A DNA stretch of 64,000 nt from an uncultured virus (IMG/VR IMGVR_UViG_3300037420_001751) (taxonomy: Duplodnaviria > Heunggongvirae > Uroviricota > Caudoviricetes), in the IMG/VR virus record IMGVR_UViG_3300037420_001751; one strand, written 5' to 3'. Below the pieces are notes generated by a model. The model ran no database searches. It had not been told where the DNA came from and saw only the letters and a program-made list of their open reading frames with translations. Shown here piece after piece: positions 28,344 through 35,823 of this stretch. The first letter of the stretch is position 1; the number at the start of each line of letters is the position of its first letter. Both the position numbers and the translations under genes were made by a program.

Positions 28344-28748
28344 CTAGGCCGCGCTCTTGAGGATCGACTTCGGCGCCTTGTACACCAGGCCCCGCTTCTC
28401 GTCCTTCGTCTTCTTCATCGTGAAGTCGTGCTGCTTGGGCAGTCGCGTCATCTGGATACGGATCGTCGTGGTCATGCCCTCGGGGTCGCGGTCGGGGAAC
28501 TTCTTGACCAGCGCCTTCTGGATCTCGGCCACAGACGCGCCCTCGTCGCTGGCGATCTGCTGGCGGATGACGTCGATCACGCCGCCTTCCTTTTTCGCAC
28601 GCTGCTTCTTTTCTCCAGCCGTCTTCTTTGCGGCTTTCTTCGCAGCCTTTTTCTTCTGTCCCTTGGTCTTGGTCGTCCGGGAAGCCACTTGGGATTCGAG
28701 GTCTTCTCCGGTGCCGTTCGCGGCGCCGTTCTTTACTTCTTCGCTCAT
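28344..28748 (-). CDS. Lys/Ala-rich protein with winged-helix-like domain (paralogue C)
   Basis: KKKAAKKAAKK tract, then GVIDVI..FPDRDPEGMTTTIRIQMTRLP. Confidence 0.7.
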   Translation of the reverse strand: MSEEVKNGAANGTGEDLESQVASRTTKTKGQKKKAAKKAAKKTAGEKKQRAKKEGGVIDVIRQQIASDEGASVAEIQKALVKKFPDRDPEGMTTTIRIQMTRLPKQHDFTMKKTKDEKRGLVYKAPKSILKSAA

Positions 28749-28803
28749 GATGTACTCCTGTGTTTCCTGTTGAACTAACGAACTTCTGCGCTGTTCAATA
28801 AGA

Positions 28804-28832
28804 AATGTAATAGAGATTCGCTATCCCTTCAA
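28804..28832 (-). promoter_or_regulatory. sigma70-like promoter
   Basis: cTTGAAG-17 bp-TACATT. Confidence 0.5.
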
Positions 28833-28836
28833 GACA

Positions 28837-29577
28837 TCATGATTTGGGATAATCGCACTTTGACGTAGGCGTTTCGTACACACGCACCCGCGTGAGCGTA
28901 GCGTTGTTATTGCTGCGCAGACGCACCCGTTCCTCCATACGTTCGTACCAGTGACGGGCCAAGTTCTCGGCGGTGGGTACGAACGGCACCAAATACAGCT
29001 TGCCGAGCGGACCTTGCAGGCCGTAGCTCCCCCATTGCTTCACTTGTGCCGTTAGCTCTTGATATTTCGGCAAGCATTGAAGCCAGTGTTCGGGGTCGTT
29101 GTGGTCGTTGTCCCGCATCCGGAACTCAGCGCGTTGCTGTTCGTGGTCCTCAATGTCGAGCAACCGGGATAGGACTTCGTAATCCTTAATCCAAATGATG
29201 GCACCGTGATCGCACGGTGCGTCGATGTGCTCCATCATCAGCTCTTTGAGGAAGGAGAAATCCATTACCATCCCTTCTTGTTCGCCCGAATCAAATAGGC
29301 CTCCGGCCACGGTTGCTTCCACTTCGTATCGATGCCCGTGCAGGTTGCGGCACTTGCTACCGTGGAAGGTCACGCGGTGTGCTGCGTCAATGCCGATTCG
29401 TTTTGTGATTTCGAATGGTTCCATTTTGTCCTTCCTTCTGTTCTTTCTCCATTCCCACCAGTCGTGGGTCTCGCGGCAACTGCTGCACGTCACCATTAAA
29501 TTTGACTGAATCGGGCCTGGGGATAGATTCGCCTCGCTGCTACACGTAGGACATGCGCCGTTTTCAACGCTTTGCAT
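28837..29577 (-). CDS. queD: 6-carboxytetrahydropterin synthase, with possible N-terminal Zn ribbon (alternative start 29424)
   Basis: DAAHR..CRNLHGHRY, GMVMDF, DH, PTAENLA, VYETPT. Confidence 0.9.
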   Translation of the reverse strand: MQSVENGACPTCSSEANLSPGPIQSNLMVTCSSCRETHDWWEWRKNRRKDKMEPFEITKRIGIDAAHRVTFHGSKCRNLHGHRYEVEATVAGGLFDSGEQEGMVMDFSFLKELMMEHIDAPCDHGAIIWIKDYEVLSRLLDIEDHEQQRAEFRMRDNDHNDPEHWLQCLPKYQELTAQVKQWGSYGLQGPLGKLYLVPFVPTAENLARHWYERMEERVRLRSNNNATLTRVRVYETPTSKCDYPKS

Positions 29578-30133
29578 AAAGCTCCCCAAAACGTTCAATG
29601 AATTTTTGTTCCGACTCACGCCACGACCACGGCTCGATCTTGATGTCCAAGGGTTTGAAATCAGACTCCCCGCCCCAGCCCCCTTTATAGGTGATCAAGT
29701 CACGCTTTTCCGTGAATAGCATGATGTTATCCGCTCTCTTGATGCATGGGTCAAAAGGTACCTTGAGTTGAAACTTCTGCGCGATGACCGCGGCTACGGG
29801 ATTCTCGATCGAGAGGTATACTTCACCAAGAGCCGAGTTCTTGAGCGGTCTAATCATGTCCTGGATGTAAGCTTCCTGCGCGTCGTGCAGCAGGAACTCG
29901 AGCTGCCAATCCTTAGACACAATGTAACTACCCATGACACAGTGCTGCGCTACTGAATAGAATGCGCGGCACTGTCCCGCATAGCGGCACTGCAGCGCAA
30001 GTCCGTGAGCAATATCTTCGATGCACACGTCCTCAACTTTCGGGTCAATTGGATGAAACACGCGTCCTGTATACGTAGTCATCCAGTCCCCGCGTGGTCC
30101 GAGACTTGCTATGTGTTCGTTGATTCCTGCCAT
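29564..30133 (-). CDS. HD-domain phosphohydrolase (YfbR / 5'-deoxynucleotidase-like)
   Basis: IEDIAHGLA..CRYAG, YSVAQH, LLHDAQEAYIQD. Confidence 0.85.
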   Translation of the reverse strand: MAGINEHIASLGPRGDWMTTYTGRVFHPIDPKVEDVCIEDIAHGLALQCRYAGQCRAFYSVAQHCVMGSYIVSKDWQLEFLLHDAQEAYIQDMIRPLKNSALGEVYLSIENPVAAVIAQKFQLKVPFDPCIKRADNIMLFTEKRDLITYKGGWGGESDFKPLDIKIEPWSWRESEQKFIERFGELYAKR

Positions 30134-30134
30134 T

Positions 30135-31613
30135 TCACACCTCGTAGAACTTTGATGTTCGTGGGTAAACCAAGTGCAAGCTTTGCTTGGCGCGGGTCAC
30201 ACCCACGTAAAAGACACGCGCTTCGGAGTCCGGATTATTGGTGAGATTGCGATAGCAGGAGTACGACATGTCTGGAACTAGCAGTACATGGTCCGCTTCG
30301 CCGCCCTTGACTTGATGAATGGTGGAAATAGTAATGCGGGGCGTCTTAAGGATTGATTCTTTCTTACGTAGAACGGCACGGTAGTATTCTCGATCACGGT
30401 CCGTCATCCGGACTGCTGTCATCCAATCCACTTCCTTGGATAGAAGCAATCCGTATTTGGACTTCAGCTCCTCGTAACTAAAATCCTCGCCTTCGATGCC
30501 GCTGAAGTTCTTGTTGCTTACGGCTCCGTTGGTGAATCGCTTGTAGAGGACTTTGACTTCGGTTCCTCGGATTTGTTTCCCCTTCCGGAGGCCTTCCCAA
30601 GCGACGACAGACTTGATTGTCTCGTTAGCGACAGATGACTTACCAAGATAAGTATACGGATAGCCCAATTGTTCAACGATACTGACAAGCGATGGCAGGA
30701 GATACCGATTCCGAGCAAGCAGTAACCAACTCCCAGAAGAGTAATCGACTTGATCAGCCGAACTGTAGCGGACAATATCACCCCCGTCCCGCGCAGGAGA
30801 CCATTGTTTTTCATAGCGATGCTTAATCCTTTCTAAAATTGTGAGCGCTTTATCAAATACGACACGCGGGAGTCGATGCGACTTGGGCAGGACAATCCGT
30901 TCGCCCTGCAACGACAGAAATTGCTTTACATCCGCCCCGGACCACTCATAGATTGCTTGGTCATCATCGCCACCGATATAAATGCGTTCGGCTCCGCGAG
31001 TAATCAACCGCACTAAGTCCCATTGCAGGGCCGATAGATCCTGTGCTTCATCCACAAACACAACACGGAAGGGCGGCGTATCCCCGCTTGCGACCAACAC
31101 TTCCAGCATGTCCGTGAAATCCATCATCTTATTTTCTTTCTTGTACTGCGTCAGAGTATCCGAGTACAGACGCACGTCCCAATACCTTTGCATCATCAGG
31201 GTTTCGCACGTGCTGCGTAGATCGTTTTTCATGAGGCGACTGATTTGCTCGATGTAAGCAATCTGCTGTCCGCGATTGTCATTACTCGCGAGTAGCCCCG
31301 TTTCATCAGGACCCGCCAACGCGTAACCCAGCGCCGACCCAATCGCTTTATAGTCTTCGTCCCCCATGACCTCGTTCTTGCTTAAGCCAAGCTGTCGAAA
31401 CGCTAAGGAATGAAGTGTTCGGAAACCGTGCACTTGTTCATCGCTGAATCCAAATTTCTGCATCGCACGGTCACGGGCTTCGTGTGCTGCTTTCCGCGTA
31501 AACGCCACGAACGCAACTTCCTCCGGCGCGACTCCCGCATGTAGTTCTTCATCTAGGATATTGAGCAGTGCGGTTGTCTTTCCGCAGCCCGGGCCGCCGA
31601 GTACGAGTTTCAT
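30135..31613 (-). CDS. superfamily I (UvrD-like) helicase
   Basis: GGPGCGKTT, VDEAQD, GDDDQAIY, STIHQVKGGE, YVGVTRAK. Confidence 0.92.
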   Translation of the reverse strand: MKLVLGGPGCGKTTALLNILDEELHAGVAPEEVAFVAFTRKAAHEARDRAMQKFGFSDEQVHGFRTLHSLAFRQLGLSKNEVMGDEDYKAIGSALGYALAGPDETGLLASNDNRGQQIAYIEQISRLMKNDLRSTCETLMMQRYWDVRLYSDTLTQYKKENKMMDFTDMLEVLVASGDTPPFRVVFVDEAQDLSALQWDLVRLITRGAERIYIGGDDDQAIYEWSGADVKQFLSLQGERIVLPKSHRLPRVVFDKALTILERIKHRYEKQWSPARDGGDIVRYSSADQVDYSSGSWLLLARNRYLLPSLVSIVEQLGYPYTYLGKSSVANETIKSVVAWEGLRKGKQIRGTEVKVLYKRFTNGAVSNKNFSGIEGEDFSYEELKSKYGLLLSKEVDWMTAVRMTDRDREYYRAVLRKKESILKTPRITISTIHQVKGGEADHVLLVPDMSYSCYRNLTNNPDSEARVFYVGVTRAKQSLHLVYPRTSKFYEV

Positions 31614-31621
31614 TGAAAGGT

Positions 31622-32047
31622 TTATGACCCAGAAGACAGTCGATCGGATTCTTGTTGCACGTCGGCTGTTTGCACAGGCTTGTTCCCTTCTTGTAGATTT
31701 CTTTTGCTTTCTTCATTGGCCTTATTCACCGCATCGACTAAGACGCGCTCCCGTTGACGTTCCATGTAGAATGCCCAATTCCGCTTGGACATATAGTTGT
31801 GAGGATTCTGCCGGTTATATTCCCGTCTTGCTTCTTCCATGCGCTTACGGATATCTTTCTTGCTGGGCTTCTCGGGTGCGAGCACAGCGTAGCGGCGAAT
31901 GGGTCCGGTTTTGTGCTTCTGGCACAAGCGGCTCTGCTTCTCGCGCAGCAAGCGCTCACGCTTCTCCAAAGGACAAAGCTTGCAGATCTCTTTGTCATTC
32001 GTGCACGTGCACTCCGTTACTGTATCAGGATGGATTTTTATTTTCAT
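31622..32047 (-). CDS. basic hypothetical protein
   Basis: CTC..CKLC cluster, Arg/Lys-rich. Confidence 0.45.
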   Translation of the reverse strand: MKIKIHPDTVTECTCTNDKEICKLCPLEKRERLLREKQSRLCQKHKTGPIRRYAVLAPEKPSKKDIRKRMEEARREYNRQNPHNYMSKRNWAFYMERQRERVLVDAVNKANEESKRNLQEGNKPVQTADVQQESDRLSSGS

Positions 32048-33563
32048 TTTTCTTTATGTCCCCAAAGATTGCTTCCCCGAACGTGGGTGCGTCAAACGGT
32101 GCGTCCTGTAGTTTGTCGTACGGGACTGCCCACCATGAAACAGTGGTGCCTTTCAAATTCCAGCGGTCTTTTTCGAGACCCAATGCGTGCAGGAGGATAT
32201 ACATCTGAGTCTGCTTAAGGTCACGGAAACCTTCACGCTTCAAGTATTGGTAAAGATCCGTGCTCTTAAAGTAAGCCTTCCCTTCATTCAAGTACACGTT
32301 GCCGCGCAGGATGGCTTCCTTATTATCCGTGCCGCGCTTTTCCACAAACTCACGGAAATATAGGTAGAACTGGCCCTCCGGAGACGCCTCTAATGGGGCT
32401 TCGATGACTTCCACGTTCTCCAACAAACGCTGTACTTCATCCCGCCATTTAGGGGCGGGTACAGGTACTAAAACTTTATGAACCTTTTCAATGCACACAA
32501 CACTAAAGCGAGTTTGGTTGATTAAGTCTTCCGTGTCTCCGATCTCAGTACGGATGCCTTCGATGTTGACAAGCCAGCGCGGCTTGGTCGTGTTGATTTT
32601 GGTAAGTCCGTCAATCGCGACATTGATTTCGCCGTCCTTTCCGCTGTTGCGAGCAACGCCGTGAGGTCGTGTTCGGCAAAGTTTGCGATTGCAGAAATCG
32701 ACAATGGGAGCTTTGGAGCAGGTGTAATTGTATTCTTTTTTCTCAATGGTTTTCCAAAGCTCCTCAATTTCATTTTGGCTCAAGGGTGGAGATACATTGT
32801 CCTTGTTCCACCTAGCCAGATTCTCGCGCCATCCGCCCGGATTCTTGGACTTGAAGTAAAGACCAACGTTGAAGAGTCCATTGTTTCGTGCCCCTTCCAA
32901 AATGCCGCCCGCTTTCATCAACATTTGGAAGCAAGGTGGACCGTCCGCAAACTCCCCCGCATCATCGTCCCCGAACACGCGAATCTTTTCAAGCTGGGCT
33001 CGGGTAATCTGCCGCGCTTCCGCGAGGCGCAGGAAATCCTCCAAACTGATTTCCTGTTGCTTGTAGTAGCAACGCCGTGAATTGCCGTAATAGGGAAGGT
33101 TGATCCAGTTACCCACATCTTCATGGGTAATGCGCTTCCACTGCTTAGGGAAAACTTCCACATTTCCGAACCCAAGTGCAGCTTTCCACTCGGAAAGCTT
33201 TTCAATCACCAAGCTAGCGGGTGTGGGTTCTTTCAAAAAGAGCCAGATATGGGCTCCGTTAGATTTTGATTTCGTAATGACTACGGGAAGTGATTGAAGG
33301 TCTTTTTCGAGCGATGCAAAATCCAATGGATAACGATCAATATCAATCACACCCCACCGGACACTTACGTTGTCATCCATCAACGGAATCACTCCGATTC
33401 CGTTCCCCGTTCCCGATAAGTGCGATTGCCACTCCACGTCGGAAATTGGACCCGTAACTGTCATTGCGCTGCCTTCGGCTTTGCCTCGGGAATCTGACGT
33501 CCCCTTTAGCTTATAAACGCCGTGGCTGCGGGTATACCCCTGAAACAGTTCTTGAAATTGCAT
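32025..33563 (-). CDS. archaeo-eukaryotic-type primase (prim-pol) with PriCT-like domain
   Basis: WGVIDID, KSKSNGAHIW, EVFPKQ, GNWINLPY, GPPC..EGARNN. Confidence 0.8.
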   Translation of the reverse strand: MQFQELFQGYTRSHGVYKLKGTSDSRGKAEGSAMTVTGPISDVEWQSHLSGTGNGIGVIPLMDDNVSVRWGVIDIDRYPLDFASLEKDLQSLPVVITKSKSNGAHIWLFLKEPTPASLVIEKLSEWKAALGFGNVEVFPKQWKRITHEDVGNWINLPYYGNSRRCYYKQQEISLEDFLRLAEARQITRAQLEKIRVFGDDDAGEFADGPPCFQMLMKAGGILEGARNNGLFNVGLYFKSKNPGGWRENLARWNKDNVSPPLSQNEIEELWKTIEKKEYNYTCSKAPIVDFCNRKLCRTRPHGVARNSGKDGEINVAIDGLTKINTTKPRWLVNIEGIRTEIGDTEDLINQTRFSVVCIEKVHKVLVPVPAPKWRDEVQRLLENVEVIEAPLEASPEGQFYLYFREFVEKRGTDNKEAILRGNVYLNEGKAYFKSTDLYQYLKREGFRDLKQTQMYILLHALGLEKDRWNLKGTTVSWWAVPYDKLQDAPFDAPTFGEAIFGDIKKNENKNPS

Positions 33564-33583
33564 GCAGTCCCGTAGTGTAGGTT

Positions 33584-33615
33584 AAAAATCCGGCGGGGCA
33601 CAAAGTCCCCGCCGG
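33584..33615 (-). terminator. intrinsic terminator
   Basis: CCGGCGGGG..CCCCGCCGG-ATTTTT. Confidence 0.75.
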
Positions 33616-33631
33616 TTGTTCAGGGGAGGAG

Positions 33632-34504
33632 CTACGTCGGGAAAGCTTCGCTCGCGCCATCCGTTCCGGACTCGTCGCCTTCCGAACGGGCGTACGAATT
33701 GTCGGTGTTGAGCGAACCGGCGGCCACGCTCTCGCGTAGTGCTTTGGCTTGCGCATAAAGCTCCGGTCCGTTTTCGAACGAATTGAGCAGGTTGCCCGAC
33801 TGGACGGTGATGCCGTACCAACTGCCCTTGTCGTTCTTCTCCGGGATGGAGTTGAGGATGTAGGTGGAGGCGTACATCGGGGGACGGATCGATTTGCCGC
33901 TGCCCGTTTTCACGCGCAGGGTGTCGATCTTCGTGTTCCACTCGCGTCCCTTCTTGAGCTGGGTGGAGGTGAGGGCGAGCAAAGCGGGAGTGGCTTCCAT
34001 CGTGGATGGATCGATGATCAGAAGCAAATACTGCATCGTTTCCACGATCTGGTTGCCATTCTCGAGGATCAACTGTCCTTTTTCATTCTTTTCGGCACCC
34101 TCAGCCAGTTCCTTGCCCTTCACCCAGCCGTGGTCTGCGACGAATCCGCCACCGCTCTCGCGCAGCTTCCACTCGATGTATTTGTGCTCGTAGGCAACGG
34201 GGATGACAGCGAGGCCCGGACTGCCTTGCGGCACGTTGAACAAGGCTTTCGAGGTGCTCAGGAACAGCATCCCTTTGACCGCGCCCTTGATCAACTTCGA
34301 AGACGTTTCGTCCACTTCGGGTGAATTGCTCTGGATCACCTTCAGGAACGGCATCGCAAAATCTTCACGCTGGAAGTCGTCGGAGTGAACTTGCGCGTCC
34401 GCCTCAAAATCCAGTGTGGCTAAGGCAGTCGTGGTCGACTGCGTGGTCGCCAGCTTGTCGCTGGGCGTCTCAGTTTCTTGCTGCTTATTTTTGTCTTTGG
34501 CCAA
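33632..34504 (-). CDS. single-stranded DNA-binding-like replication protein
   Basis: PFLKVIQSNSPEV, TQLKKGREWN, NDKGSWY; acidic tail ending in EAFPT; position upstream of primase. Confidence 0.6.
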   Translation of the reverse strand: MAKDKNKQQETETPSDKLATTQSTTTALATLDFEADAQVHSDDFQREDFAMPFLKVIQSNSPEVDETSSKLIKGAVKGMLFLSTSKALFNVPQGSPGLAVIPVAYEHKYIEWKLRESGGGFVADHGWVKGKELAEGAEKNEKGQLILENGNQIVETMQYLLLIIDPSTMEATPALLALTSTQLKKGREWNTKIDTLRVKTGSGKSIRPPMYASTYILNSIPEKNDKGSWYGITVQSGNLLNSFENGPELYAQAKALRESVAAGSLNTDNSYARSEGDESGTDGASEAFPT

Positions 34505-34519
34505 GACTTTTCTCCTGTG

Positions 34520-35083
34520 TTATTTCGGCAACGTAATTGTCGCTTTACGCAACGGATACGCTCCAAAATCTTGTAAGTTGCCCTTGAACTTGCCTGATTC
34601 CAACTGTTCTTTCAGCAAAGCTTTCAAGGTTGACGTATGCACGCTTTCTTCCATCGCGTACACAATGCCTTTGCGTTCCAGACCGGCGCGAATGCCGGCT
34701 AGGACTTTTGCATCAAAACCCTTACCCAACGGCACGCTCAGTTCCTGTTTGATGATGTCGTCGTGACCCTGCTCACGCAACCAAGAACAGATCGAATTGA
34801 GCCGATCTTTAGGTACGCTACATGTCAGATCATCTTTCACTTTGATCTTGATGCCGTTGCTCAACTTAATTTCCGAAACGCCCGCGGCAGCAATAGCCGC
34901 GGGGAGGTCTTTTTCGGAAATGTCGCGAAGCTGTTTCGCTTTGTCCTTGAGCTGCTGCTCCAACGCGGCGTGCTCTGCTTCCAGTTTGAGCTGCAACCCG
35001 ACTAGGTCGGTGATAGTCTGGAGCTGGCTTTGGGATGGGCCCAAGTTGTCTTCTTCGAACTCAAAACTGTTCTTTTTCGCCAT
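34520..35083 (-). CDS. conserved coiled-coil replication-module protein
   Basis: DLP....G..EIKL.NG, WLREQGHDDIIK, VHTSTLKA. Confidence 0.65.
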   Translation of the reverse strand: MAKKNSFEFEEDNLGPSQSQLQTITDLVGLQLKLEAEHAALEQQLKDKAKQLRDISEKDLPAAIAAAGVSEIKLSNGIKIKVKDDLTCSVPKDRLNSICSWLREQGHDDIIKQELSVPLGKGFDAKVLAGIRAGLERKGIVYAMEESVHTSTLKALLKEQLESGKFKGNLQDFGAYPLRKATITLPK

Positions 35084-35433
35084 CACTGTTTCCTGTCGTA
35101 TTGCACAATAACGTAGTAGCCACGCCCGGTGCGGGTGTTTCCAGAACGCTCGCGCTCCCAACGCAAGAACTTAAAGCGCCCCTGATTATGTTCCGCAGCG
35201 ACGTTGGTCGCCAACGCGAGCGCATAAGGGTCTCCGCCAGCCCAGAGAAGATAATCGTCTTCATCGAAGTTGCGTAAGGCGCGGACGCATTTGTTTTTGC
35301 TGGGACCAGGGGTCTGCCCTGGCTGGTCGCTGGCTTCAAAGATGTACTTGAACTGCCCAAACTGCAGTGCCGGGGAAATGTCATACGTGAGTCCCTTAGG
35401 TCCCGGCTTAGGATGCTGAATTACATAAACCAT
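35083..35433 (-). CDS. conserved hypothetical phage protein
   Basis: DISPA.QFG, DYLL.AGGDP, LRWER; ACAGGAG leader. Confidence 0.6.
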   Translation of the reverse strand: MVYVIQHPKPGPKGLTYDISPALQFGQFKYIFEASDQPGQTPGPSKNKCVRALRNFDEDDYLLWAGGDPYALALATNVAAEHNQGRFKFLRWERERSGNTRTGRGYYVIVQYDRKQ

Positions 35434-35465
35434 TACTGTGATATCTCCTGTGTTGCGCCCTAACA

Positions 35466-35495
35466 AACATAGTGCAAGGGCAAAACATTTGTAAA
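35466..35495 (-). promoter_or_regulatory. putative promoter
   Basis: TTTACA-18 bp-TATGTT in an AT-rich gap. Confidence 0.4.
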
Positions 35496-35508
35496 ATTGT
35501 CAAAGAAT

Positions 35509-35823
35509 TTAGTCGTGTAACACTACGCCGTCTTGAGGAGGATTTCCGCATCCGTCCACGCGGGTCTCAAAGGGTCCTTTGTCGTCCGAAACAATGTAGG
35601 GCTTGCCCGAACACTTCACAGCCTTTCCATTGCTGCGCATATACCAGCGCATTGTGCGTCTTTCATATTGGTAGGAGCAGAAGTAGCGGTACTCCATGGA
35701 CTCTTTATCATCGTAAGCGTCACACGCTTTCTGAGTCCAGTGCGGCTGAAAGTACTCCGTTAGCCTTCGCTCCGGGAGCGGCTGCGTCGTAGTAATGCTG
35801 AGAAAAAGGACAATTGATAGCAT
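35509..35823 (-). CDS. small protein with hydrophobic N-terminus and four Cys
   Basis: MLSIVLFLSI leader; starts immediately after the helicase stop. Confidence 0.5.
   Translation of the reverse strand: MLSIVLFLSITTTQPLPERRLTEYFQPHWTQKACDAYDDKESMEYRYFCSYQYERRTMRWYMRSNGKAVKCSGKPYIVSDDKGPFETRVDGCGNPPQDGVVLHD

Noticed and set aside
29564..30133. Z-genome (2-aminoadenine) system suggested by HD hydrolase plus MazG-like plus PolA
   Set aside because: No PurZ/PurA-like gene in the window; the que/TGT genes explain the context better
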